DNA from: an uncultured Chitinophagaceae bacterium
Lineage (GTDB): Bacteria; Bacteroidota; Ignavibacteria; UBA10030; UBA8401
Direction of reading: 5' to 3'
Assembly (NCBI GenBank): GCA_964371615.1
Contig: CAYJMS010000003.1
Coordinates: 212-64,211, forward strand
DNA: 64,000 nt
Part shown: piece by piece, positions 7,783 to 16,586 of the stretch
Numbering within the stretch: position 1 is the first letter of the stretch
Layout of the letters: each line of letters begins with the position of its first letter
The notes under the pieces: generated by a model
What the model was told of the DNA's origin: nothing
Database searches by the model: none
Seen by the model: the letters and a program-made list of their open reading frames with translations, nothing else
Program-made: the position numbers and the translations under genes

Positions 7783-8448
7783 ATGAACCACTTGACATTT
7801 TGCATGTCGCTATTCGTTGTGAACGGGTTATTAAATTTATCTGTTGCTCAAGACCATCTTGAACCAGTTGAAGATTTATGGTCAGTCTACGATCTACGCG
7901 CGGTGGCTGAAGCACGAGATTCATTGCTCAAAGGATTTAAAATGCGACCTCTTGCCAGGGCGCTATCGATGCCGGAGGATGGTAATGCTTGGGCAGTGAG
8001 TCTTGAACAGAAATCCGATTCATCATTTATCGTGCATTCAGCAATTGCAAATGGTGGAATGGGCTTTCGTGCAATGGCCACCTCTGCTGAGAGACTTGCT
8101 ATGATTCGTAATACTACAGTACGTCGTTATAGCCAACCCATTGATAGCGGCAGGGCAAAAACAATAGCGCAAATATTTTATTCTCATATTTCGTCTGCAC
8201 GGTATCCTCGCTATGAATCCCGATACATTGATAACGCTATTGTATATTTCACAGCATCAAAGCCGGGTATTGCAGGCATACGTGAAGGAGTCATCTCGGC
8301 ACAAATATCCTTACCCGTGGAAGATAAAGTCCCAAAGAAATTTATATTATTTGCATTTACAATATTGGAGTACGGTATATCAAACAAACAAAATGCGCAA
8401 ATATATATGAGTAAATTGGATTCACTGTCTCGATTGCTGTCAAATTGA
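7783..8448 (+). CDS. Secreted hypothetical protein (cassette gene)
   Basis: Signal peptide ending SVA|QD; ATG 7783. Confidence 0.65.
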   Translation: MNHLTFCMSLFVVNGLLNLSVAQDHLEPVEDLWSVYDLRAVAEARDSLLKGFKMRPLARALSMPEDGNAWAVSLEQKSDSSFIVHSAIANGGMGFRAMATSAERLAMIRNTTVRRYSQPIDSGRAKTIAQIFYSHISSARYPRYESRYIDNAIVYFTASKPGIAGIREGVISAQISLPVEDKVPKKFILFAFTILEYGISNKQNAQIYMSKLDSLSRLLSN

Positions 8449-8449
8449 A

Positions 8450-8598
8450 ATCTCACAAGGTATTGTGTTAATATTCAAGAATATTTCACTAATTTTGCAA
8501 ACGCGGCGGCAGACGTAAACTGAAATATTCTACCGCACGCGGCTTACTTGTCCGCTCTACGAGTCGTAAACCTCCGGCGGAGATCCAGTCTGTGGACA
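8450..8598 (+). repeat. Degenerate attC site 9
   Basis: Same internal family motif (AAACTGAAATATTCTACCGCACGCGGCTTACTTGTCCG...GGCGGAGATCCAGTC); cores eroded. Confidence 0.5.
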
Positions 8599-8605
8599 AC
8601 GCATA

Positions 8606-9289
8606 ATGAAGTATTTACTAAAATATATTTTCATCGTTATCTCTTTAGTATTTTCACAACTCGACTTTATTTTGCATGCTCAACAGAGCGTCAGAAAAAA
8701 CATACGTGTGGGAATTGAATATGGCAGTTATTGTACTGCAAATAATGGAGGGTATACGTCTCAACCAGGTTTTTTGTTGGGCTATTTCACGGGTGTACCG
8801 TTATCCACCGATCCTAACAACTCAATGTATTTAGGCATTGAATTTAATTTTAAGAATACCATTTTATATAATCCCGGGGTGTCTCACATTATATGTGATC
8901 GATACAAATATCAAAATACGTACGACGAAAAATATAATATCTCGACCGTAGAGATTGGATTGCTGCCGGAGTATCGATTTGTCTTAAACAAAAACATTGT
9001 CGTTGGTATCTATGCCGGCGGAGCAGTTGGAATCGGAATGTATACACAACAACACAACCTGATCTCTCACATAAGGATTGATACTGTCCAGTATTCACAG
9101 TGGCTATTAGACGGTCCTTATGACGGCAATAATCTTCCTTTCATAGGAACGTACAATATTAATTGCGGAACAAATATTTATTATGACTGGCTGGTAATTG
9201 ATGTTCGATTTTCATTTCTCAATGATGTAATGAATCATAGCTCAAAAAGAATTAACCAGTTTTATATTTTATTTGGTGTTGTATTATAA
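8606..9289 (+). CDS. Outer-membrane beta-barrel-like protein
   Basis: Signal peptide; amphipathic strands (YLGIEFNF, PEYRF, GIYAGGAVGIG). Confidence 0.7.
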   Translation: MKYLLKYIFIVISLVFSQLDFILHAQQSVRKNIRVGIEYGSYCTANNGGYTSQPGFLLGYFTGVPLSTDPNNSMYLGIEFNFKNTILYNPGVSHIICDRYKYQNTYDEKYNISTVEIGLLPEYRFVLNKNIVVGIYAGGAVGIGMYTQQHNLISHIRIDTVQYSQWLLDGPYDGNNLPFIGTYNINCGTNIYYDWLVIDVRFSFLNDVMNHSSKRINQFYILFGVVL

Positions 9290-9419
9290 TCTTTGGATAC
9301 TTCAATTAGCATGATGGACGCTGCTGTGAAGTATTCTTTAATTATAGGTAGTCGATGATCTCGTGAAAGTATTTTTCGGTAATAGATAAGAGGCTGACCG
9401 TGTATGCGGTTTTAGCCAC
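9290..9419 (-). pseudogene. Truncated RelE/ParE toxin remnant
   Basis: GTG overlapping antitoxin end; MAKTAYTVSLLSITEKYFHEIIDYL* resembles a ParE N-terminus, then stop/truncation. Confidence 0.6.
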
Positions 9420-9671
9420 GAATCTTTTTCCTCATGTCTTTCATGATCTTTTCAAGAGATCGGCCTTTGTCACCGGCAACGCGTTGCGATTCGGCCGCCG
9501 CAAGTATAATTCGAGATTTTTCTACATATGGCTGTATTGAGCGATGGACATCACCACCATATCTCCTTCGCCATTCTTAGTGATGAAGACCGGCTCATTG
9601 GATGAGTGAACAAAATTTGATATTTCGTTCGACTTATTTCGCGGGTCGGAAATGGGTCTGATCGTCGGCAT
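9412..9671 (-). pseudogene. Phd/YefM antitoxin pseudogene
   Basis: MPTIRPISDPRNKSNEISNFVHSSNEPVFITKNGEGDMVVMSIAQYSHM* then frameshifted LAAAESQRVAGDKGRSLEKIMKDMRKKIRG; AAGGAG RBS; operator-like palindrome TATCATG-AA-CATGATA 9702-9717. Confidence 0.8.
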
Positions 9672-9827
9672 CTTGGGTGTCTCCTTATTGTATCAATAAA
9701 ATATCATGAACATGATAGGTCAATATTACTGCTTTTTTCATCGGACAACATCCATAGAGTTCTTCCAAGGAAAGCATAAATTCCTTCGGATCCGTTAATC
9801 GTACAATAGCCCGGACAAAAAGGTTTT

Positions 9828-10232
9828 ATGGCAAACACTCAAGATAATGCAACGTTCGAGTATCGCTTGGCGGTTCGCAATATCCTCTTGGTTCTATTTG
9901 CCGTCGCTTTATTCTTAATGAAGAGAGAGTACTCGGGTCCCTTCGAAGAAATGATACACTCCTACGGCGGAAATGTCACCGTCTCGTTCGCACTCTATTT
10001 TGTATTCTTGAAACTCTGTATGAAATCGCCGCAATTTGGGAGGCTCATTACAGCGGCAACAGTATTGGCGTGTGTTGAGACGTTCGAAGTGTTCGATGGT
10101 TTTGGATTCATGGCGAATACGTATGATCCATTTGATCTGCTTGCCAATGCCGTCGGCGTTGGAATCGCTCTGGGCATTGAACTATTGCTGAATAAGAATA
10201 ATTCACACCATTCGGAAATCAAGCCGTCATAA
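9828..10232 (+). CDS. Membrane protein, DUF2809/VanZ-like
   Basis: YGGN...E..E...TYDPFDLLANAVG; stop TAA sits within TCATAAC (R''-like). Confidence 0.65.
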   Translation: MANTQDNATFEYRLAVRNILLVLFAVALFLMKREYSGPFEEMIHSYGGNVTVSFALYFVFLKLCMKSPQFGRLITAATVLACVETFEVFDGFGFMANTYDPFDLLANAVGVGIALGIELLLNKNNSHHSEIKPS

Positions 10233-10273
10233 CTTATATTACGACCGTCGCTGCGCTAACAGCGCGTATTACT

Positions 10274-10990
10274 ATGCAACGAATGAACACGATTACATTA
10301 ATTAGTATTGCCGTTCTTATTGTCTGCAATTCTTTTTCTTGTACCAACGACAATCCCGTTTCACCGATACTGCCAACGCCATCTATCACCGAATTTAACG
10401 GGCGCATAGACAATTGGAATCTAGGAGATACGGTGGTGATACATTCCATCTCTACCTATATTGATTATCCCCTTTCGCACCGTGATTCGAATGATATTTA
10501 CGGCTCATCTTGGATACGTTCTACTGGCGAATTTTCAATGACACTAAAAGATCCGAAGGCTTTGGATTCCCTTGGCGGATATTCGTATAAATTGATTTTC
10601 CCGTACGAATTCTATTCCAGCTTTTTCAATAGTGATACAAGCGTACGGTTTCTATTTTCAAATTTTGTATTGTACAGCTACAATTGGACTGTTGTCCCAT
10701 ACAAATTAAGAAATGCGAGCAGAAATGTTTCAACAATAACAGACTCTCTTGTTACAGAGGGAGACTATCGCTGTAATACGGTGTTGTATTTTGTCGATCG
10801 CGATGTCACCATTCGATACGAAGAAGCAGGGATATATTCCGACACCATTTCAATAGACCATCTTTATGAATTTAAAAAGGGTTGGAATAAAATTGTGACC
10901 ACGGTGAAAGCCAGGCGCAATAAATTTATTCAATTGGAATCCCGTGTGAATAATTCATTCACAGGAAAATATTATATCTACCATCATTGA
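10274..10990 (+). CDS. Putative lipoprotein
   Basis: Signal ...SFS|CTNDNPVSP; KKGWN motif. Confidence 0.7.
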   Translation: MQRMNTITLISIAVLIVCNSFSCTNDNPVSPILPTPSITEFNGRIDNWNLGDTVVIHSISTYIDYPLSHRDSNDIYGSSWIRSTGEFSMTLKDPKALDSLGGYSYKLIFPYEFYSSFFNSDTSVRFLFSNFVLYSYNWTVVPYKLRNASRNVSTITDSLVTEGDYRCNTVLYFVDRDVTIRYEEAGIYSDTISIDHLYEFKKGWNKIVTTVKARRNKFIQLESRVNNSFTGKYYIYHH

Positions 10991-11033
10991 ATATGACATA
11001 CGCATCCCGATCTTTATAGCCGTAACGATCGGT

Positions 11034-11540
11034 TTGCTGCTGATCTCCCGGCGATCGATGATCGATACCCATTCGCATGGATTCTATCGATTCTTCGCCT
11101 GGGAGTCTATTCTGCTTTTGATACTGATCAATATTCCATTGTGGTTCACCGATCCGTTCTCGATCCGGCAAATACTCTCCTGGATATTGTTATTGATTTC
11201 TCTTCCTCTCTTGTGGCAAGGGGTTTCGCTTCTGCGGAAGGGACGTATTGCCGGCGGCCGTACAGACGCGGGATTGTATCCCTTTGAGCAGACCACGGAA
11301 TTGGTAACCAAAGGGATCTACCGGTACATTCGGCATCCGTTGTATTCCTCTTTATTGTTTCTCGCGTGCGGTGTTTTTCTGAAGGATATTACATGGACCA
11401 CCGGAATTCTGACACTCGTTGCGATCCTCTTTCTTATCGCCACTGCCGCGGCGGACGAGAGAGAATGCATCCGGTATTTCGGGCCGCAATATTCCTCATA
11501 TATATCCCGCACGAAGAGATTTATTCCTTTCATCTATTAA
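11034..11540 (+). CDS. Isoprenylcysteine carboxylmethyltransferase-family membrane protein
   Basis: LVTKGIYRYIRHPLYS...DE...FGPQY..Y..RTKRFIP; true start may be upstream. Confidence 0.88.
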   Translation: MLLISRRSMIDTHSHGFYRFFAWESILLLILINIPLWFTDPFSIRQILSWILLLISLPLLWQGVSLLRKGRIAGGRTDAGLYPFEQTTELVTKGIYRYIRHPLYSSLLFLACGVFLKDITWTTGILTLVAILFLIATAAADERECIRYFGPQYSSYISRTKRFIPFIY

Positions 11541-11633
11541 TTATTCTCACTGCACTATTTTTCGGCAGCTCAAATTGTGAATTGATTAATTGATGAATAC
11601 ATTATAATTGAGATATTTTTATAATATCATTTT

Positions 11634-12065
11634 GTCGGACAAGAATGTCCGACCTACCTCATTAGTAAAATGATATCATCTGCGTTAATCTGCGGGAAAT
11701 AATCTATATATACATTCATTCACCGACTATAAAGAATGTAATTAAAACACTATTATTATATACTTTTGTCGGACAAGAATGTCCGACCTACTTTGAATAT
11801 TCTATTCGAAATTTAATTCTATAAATAATCCCGTAGGACAGACATTCTTGTCTGTCATAATATATTTAACACCCATTGATATTAATTAGATAAACACTTT
11901 TGTCGGACAGGAATGTCCGACCTACCGTGAAATATATTTTAAACTGCTGTACTTGTATGGTGGATTTGCTCGTAGGACAGACATTCTTGTCTGTCAGAAT
12001 ATTTATCAACCGCCGGCGCGAATGATTGGAAAAACGCTTGCGTCGGACAAGAATGTCCGACCTAC
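11634..12065. repeat. GTAG-type REP cluster (6 copies, REPIN-like)
   Basis: 24-bp palindromic units at 11634, 11768, 11902, 12042 (GTCGGACA[A/G]GAATGTCCGACCTAC) and inverted variant at 11833, 11972 (GTAGGACAGACATTCTTGTCTGTC). Confidence 0.92.
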
Positions 12066-12227
12066 TTTGCTATTGTTTCATGGAATGTAATCTGTAAGAT
12101 AACGTCTGGCATATCTGCTCACCTGTCCGCCGCGCTTTTTGACGGAATATCTGTCGTTTCCCTTGACTACAGTCGGGATCGCCCCGGAGTAATTTTTTTC
12201 TTCCCTTCTTTTCCCTTACCTTGATCT

Positions 12228-13910
12228 ATGCTCTCCAATTATTTCACTTTTTATCACACGGCGCAATTGCTGAACGAGCGGTACGCCGGCGCGGTGATTG
12301 CCGAAGCATATTCGCAGGAAAAGAACACGCTGTCAATTGTGGTCTATCTGCCCGATCCGCATACGATTACCATCTCGTGCGCCGGGCGAAAGAATGCGAT
12401 CGTTGCCCGTGCGGGAAATCCGCGGTCACGGCATAATTCGGTCGACCTTTTCCCCGGCGTCATCGACGATCATGTTCAGTCCGTCTTTATGGACCGCTCC
12501 GACCGGATCGTCTATCTGCGGCTTCAGTCCGGGAAAGTGTTCTGCATGGAGATGTTCGGCGCACGGGCAAATGTGCTGTTGTGCGATCCGGAGGGAACAA
12601 TCGTCGATGCCTTTTTGGATAAGAAGAGTCTCGCCGGAGCGGTGAGGAATGTTCAATCCGGGCCGCAGGCGATTACGGCAGAGGAATTTTTGCCGCCGAA
12701 GGAGACATTTCTTGCATCATTCAATGAAAAAGATAAAAACGCATTTCAATTATTGAAATCGCTGGTACCGAAGCTCGGATCGACGCTCGCCCATGAGGTT
12801 CTGCACCGTGCGGGAATTCCGGAAACTGTCGTTGGTCTTTCCGGTGAGGACAAAGAGAGGATACACAACGAGACTGCGGCGATGTTCCGTTCGCTGATAG
12901 TTCCGACGGGGACACTCGAGCCTTCCGTATATTTTGAGGAGAATTCTCCGGTCGCCGTTTCGCTGGCGCCGCTTCATTATTATGAATCGCTGCAGCGGGA
13001 AACGTATCCCGATCTGTTTGTTGCATTGCAGAAATTCCTCAGTTACGAGAAATCCGAGCAGTCATACCAGCAGAAAAAGAAAGAGATTATTCACTGGCTC
13101 ACCAACGAGTCGAACCGGACGGAGCGGACGATTGCCGCCGTGGAAAAAGAGCACTCGGACTCTTCGCGTGCGGATCAGTATGAAAAGTTCGGGAAATTAT
13201 TGATGGGACAACTTCATCTGGTTGCTAAGGGAATGACAGGCGTCGGAATCGACGATCATTTCTCCGGCGCGGGAACGGTAACGATCCCCCTTGATCCCCT
13301 CCTCACCCCTGTCCGGAATGCCGAACGGTATTTCGAAAAGGCGAAACGTTCACGCTCGGCGTACGAGGAATCCGAAGGGCGGTTGCTGTCGCTGCGCAGC
13401 CGGAGCGGATCGCTGTCGGCGCTCCGCGATGAACTGACACATGTTTCCGACAGCATTTCATTGAAAAATTTTTTACGTTTACAAAGTTCCGAACTGAAAC
13501 GACTCGGTTTTATGACTAAGAAAGAAGAAGAAGACCTTCCCCCATTTAAAACCTTTGAGGTCGAAGGAGGATTTACCGTCTACGCGGGAAAAAGTTCCGA
13601 GAACAACGATCTGCTCACCGTGAAATGGGCGAAACCGAACGACCTGTGGTTTCACGCGCGCGGATCGAGCGGATCGCATGTCGTTCTGAAAATGGGCAGC
13701 GGCAGCGGAAATCCTTCAAAAAAAGCGATCGAACAAGCCGCCGCCATTGCGGCCTGGTACAGCAAAATGAAAAACGCCAAAAATGTTCCCGTTGCGATGA
13801 CAGAGAAAAAATACGTGCGCAAACCGAAAGGGGTACCGGCCGGAACCGTTGTTATTGAAAAAGAAAAGGTTATATTTGTACAACCACGGTTACCCCACAA
13901 CGAGGATTAA
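12228..13910 (+). CDS. rqcH: NFACT/RqcH (FbpA) ribosome quality-control protein
   Basis: DRIV..F, NAERYFEKAK, GKSSENNDLLT, DLWFHARGSSGSHV, AAWYSK. Confidence 0.9.
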   Translation: MLSNYFTFYHTAQLLNERYAGAVIAEAYSQEKNTLSIVVYLPDPHTITISCAGRKNAIVARAGNPRSRHNSVDLFPGVIDDHVQSVFMDRSDRIVYLRLQSGKVFCMEMFGARANVLLCDPEGTIVDAFLDKKSLAGAVRNVQSGPQAITAEEFLPPKETFLASFNEKDKNAFQLLKSLVPKLGSTLAHEVLHRAGIPETVVGLSGEDKERIHNETAAMFRSLIVPTGTLEPSVYFEENSPVAVSLAPLHYYESLQRETYPDLFVALQKFLSYEKSEQSYQQKKKEIIHWLTNESNRTERTIAAVEKEHSDSSRADQYEKFGKLLMGQLHLVAKGMTGVGIDDHFSGAGTVTIPLDPLLTPVRNAERYFEKAKRSRSAYEESEGRLLSLRSRSGSLSALRDELTHVSDSISLKNFLRLQSSELKRLGFMTKKEEEDLPPFKTFEVEGGFTVYAGKSSENNDLLTVKWAKPNDLWFHARGSSGSHVVLKMGSGSGNPSKKAIEQAAAIAAWYSKMKNAKNVPVAMTEKKYVRKPKGVPAGTVVIEKEKVIFVQPRLPHNED

Positions 13911-14579
13911 ATGGCGATAAGGATTCTTGTCGTTGATGACGACAGCTTTATCCGGTCGTTCCTGATGAAACGATTGACCGCGAATAATTACGAGGTACTT
14001 CTCGCGGAAAACGGCGAAGAGGGCCTTGCACTGGCAAGAGCGCAGCATCCCCATTTGATCATTTCGGACTGGATGATGCCGAAAATGGACGGCGTTGAAT
14101 TCTGCAAACTGGCGAAGAACGACGACGAACTGAAGTACACCTATTTCATTCTTCTGACGGCGCGCGACACGGCCGAAGACAAGATCGCCGGGATGGAACA
14201 CGGCGCCGACGATTTCATGACCAAGCCGTTCAACGACAAGGAATTGCTCGCGCGGATCAACGTCGGACTCCGCATCACCGCACTGCAGCAGGAACTTTCC
14301 CGTTTCCAGCATACCAAAGCGATCACGGAACTGGCGGTAACGATCGGACACGAGATCAACAATCCTCTCGGCATCATGATGCTGACGCTGCAGGTGATGA
14401 AAAAGAAAATCGGCACGCCGCGCGAAAGCGAGTTGGCGGCGGATATCGACAGCATTATGCTCAACGGCAACCGGGTCGCCGATATCGTTAAACGGCTCTG
14501 TTCTCTGGATGAGCTGCAGTTCAAACCGTATTTGAAGAACTCCGATCTCCAAATGCTCGACCTTACGGGCAAACCGTAA
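13911..14579 (+). CDS. Response regulator with C-terminal HisKA-like helix
   Basis: REC domain (VDDD, SDWMMP, TKPF) followed by GHEINNPL H-box, no HATPase. Confidence 0.85.
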   Translation: MAIRILVVDDDSFIRSFLMKRLTANNYEVLLAENGEEGLALARAQHPHLIISDWMMPKMDGVEFCKLAKNDDELKYTYFILLTARDTAEDKIAGMEHGADDFMTKPFNDKELLARINVGLRITALQQELSRFQHTKAITELAVTIGHEINNPLGIMMLTLQVMKKKIGTPRESELAADIDSIMLNGNRVADIVKRLCSLDELQFKPYLKNSDLQMLDLTGKP

Positions 14580-14594
14580 ATAGCGATCCACTCC

Positions 14595-15734
14595 ATGCAT
14601 ATGTCCGTTTCCCGTTCGATGAGATTTTCCGTACTGCGAATTATTGCACTCTTGTGTATTTATTATTCCGCTGTGCCGGCATTGCTCAACGCACAGGAGA
14701 AGTTCTATTTTTATAAAGGACGACCGTACGGCTCCGAATCGATGATCAATCCCGGATCCCTGCTGATCAACGCAGGATTCGACATCCTGCAATCGGCAAC
14801 ACACTCCCGCGTTCTTTCCACCATCCACGTCAGCGACGGCGTCACCAATGTGTGGCGAAACCTCAAAGACCCCTTCACGCAGATCGACAAATTCGGGTGG
14901 GGACGGTTTTTCGGTCAGGAGATCTTTCCGACCAGTCTGCAGCTGGAGAAAGCACAGTGGTTTCCCAATTACACGCTCCATTTTCTCGGCGGCGGAATGG
15001 ATGCGCGGATGATGTACGAGTGGTATGTGTATCATGATTTCCAGTATCCCACACTGATGGCGGGAGTGACCGTCGCGGCGTACCATTTGTTGAACGAAGC
15101 GGTTGAACATTACTCGTTCGACGGCCCCAATGTCGATCCGATCGCGGATATTTATTTTTTTAATCTGACCGGAGCGCTGTTCTTCACTTCCGATGCAGTG
15201 TCGGAATTCTTCAGCGAAACAATGAACATGACCGCCTGGCCGGGACAGCCGGCGTGGAATCCGACGTATAACACGCTGGAAAATAACGGACAATACTACA
15301 TCATGAAATACAAACTGCCGTGGTGGGAACGGACAAGTTTGTTTTATCATTTCGGCGACAACGGCATGCTGGGACTTTCCTACCGGCATACTAAGGAAGA
15401 AAGCATCACTATGAGCGGCGGATTTGCGACGCGTGAACTACGGACGGTGGATGTAACGAACGGCGCACGCACGGTCACCGTGTCGCTCGGATGGATTGCG
15501 GGGCTGTTCTACGACCGGAACAATTCCGTATTAGCGTCGCTGATGGCATCGAACCGGGTCAATGAAAAAGTACGATTGAATATTTATCCCGGGCTTTTCC
15601 GTTTACTGAACATCACTCCCGGGTTTTTCGCCAGCATCGGCCGGGGAGACCATTTCATCGCCGGTATTACGTTCCAATTTCTGCCGCTCGGCCTGGCGTA
15701 TCGCAGCAATACGCCACCGGCGCCGGCGTTGTGA
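14595..15734 (+). CDS. Secreted/outer-membrane hypothetical protein
   Basis: Signal peptide LNA|QE; beta-strand-rich C-terminus. Confidence 0.7.
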   Translation: MHMSVSRSMRFSVLRIIALLCIYYSAVPALLNAQEKFYFYKGRPYGSESMINPGSLLINAGFDILQSATHSRVLSTIHVSDGVTNVWRNLKDPFTQIDKFGWGRFFGQEIFPTSLQLEKAQWFPNYTLHFLGGGMDARMMYEWYVYHDFQYPTLMAGVTVAAYHLLNEAVEHYSFDGPNVDPIADIYFFNLTGALFFTSDAVSEFFSETMNMTAWPGQPAWNPTYNTLENNGQYYIMKYKLPWWERTSLFYHFGDNGMLGLSYRHTKEESITMSGGFATRELRTVDVTNGARTVTVSLGWIAGLFYDRNNSVLASLMASNRVNEKVRLNIYPGLFRLLNITPGFFASIGRGDHFIAGITFQFLPLGLAYRSNTPPAPAL

Positions 15735-15797
15735 TAACAACGGGTTCCGTCTTTTTCACTTTCCATTCTCACTAATGCTTCTTAACTTTTTATCATT

Positions 15798-16571
15798 ATG
15801 AAAACGCTCAAGAATACTATAGTCTTTATTACCGGCGCCTCATCCGGTATCGGAAAAGCGACTGCCGAAAAATTTGCCGAACTCGGCGCACACCTGCTTC
15901 TCTGCGCGCGCCGCGAAGACCGTCTGCGGGATATCTCGACGGCACTGACCAAAAAATATTCCGCAAAAGTCCATTCCTTCCAGCTCGATGTCCGGAATCA
16001 ATCCGGCGTGGAGCGCGCCATCGCCGCGCTTCCGGAAAAATGGAAAAAGATCGACATTCTGGTAAACAATGCGGGTCTCTCCCGCGGACTCGATCCCATT
16101 CAGTCCGGATCCGTTGCCGATTGGGATGAGATGATCGATACCAATGTAAAAGGTCTATTATACATTACCCGTGCCGTGCTGCCGGGAATGATCGACCGGA
16201 ACGCCGGACACATTATCAATCTTGGTTCAACAGCCGGTCGCTGGGTGTATCCGAAGGGGAATGTGTACAATGCGTCGAAGTTTGCCGTCCGCGCTCTGAA
16301 CGAAGGGATGAAAATGGATCTGCTCGGCACGCCGATCCGTGTCACGACGGTCGATCCGGGACTGGTGGAAACGGAATTCAGCATCGTCCGCTTTCACGGC
16401 GATGCGGAAAGAGCCTCCGGCGTGTATAAAGGAATGACGCCGCTCTCCCCCGCAGATATCGCCGATGCCATCGTTTGGTCGGCAACCCGGCCGGTGCATG
16501 TGAATATCAGTGAGATCGTGTTGATGCCGACCGATCAATCCTCACCGACCATGGTCCACCGAACTCAATAA
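15798..16571 (+). CDS. SDR oxidoreductase (YdfG-like)
   Basis: TGASSGIG, NNAG, YNASK, DPGLVETEFS. Confidence 0.92.
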   Translation: MKTLKNTIVFITGASSGIGKATAEKFAELGAHLLLCARREDRLRDISTALTKKYSAKVHSFQLDVRNQSGVERAIAALPEKWKKIDILVNNAGLSRGLDPIQSGSVADWDEMIDTNVKGLLYITRAVLPGMIDRNAGHIINLGSTAGRWVYPKGNVYNASKFAVRALNEGMKMDLLGTPIRVTTVDPGLVETEFSIVRFHGDAERASGVYKGMTPLSPADIADAIVWSATRPVHVNISEIVLMPTDQSSPTMVHRTQ

Positions 16572-16586
16572 TAATCCGGAGAATAC

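Larger units (their letters stand above)
1..10990 (+). mobile_element. Integron gene-cassette array (no intI in window; array open at left edge)
   Basis: Unrelated AT-rich single ORFs separated by RYYYAAC...GTTRRRY attC sites. Each cassette's start core is complementary to its own R''. TA modules lie in reverse orientation. Right boundary uncertain. Confidence 0.9.

Noticed and set aside
9743-9800. Additional attC (GGACAAC...TCC-GTTAATC)
   Set aside because: Plausible position and R', but no convincing L-box pairing
10227-10273. attC after 9828-10232 gene
   Set aside because: Only an R''-like TCATAAC; too short and no R'
11634-12065. CRISPR array
   Set aside because: Repeats alternate in orientation, spacing is irregular, spacers are related to those at 49.3 kb, no cas genes are present, and the same unit flanks a RAYT
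1-12200. Integron integrase/attI
   Set aside because: No tyrosine-recombinase ORF in the window; cannot distinguish a complete integron from a CALIN
13890-15389. Long antisense ORFs (also 37775-39388, 41869-43224, 51302-53071, 62821-63828)
   Set aside because: Shadows of well-supported genes on the opposite strand
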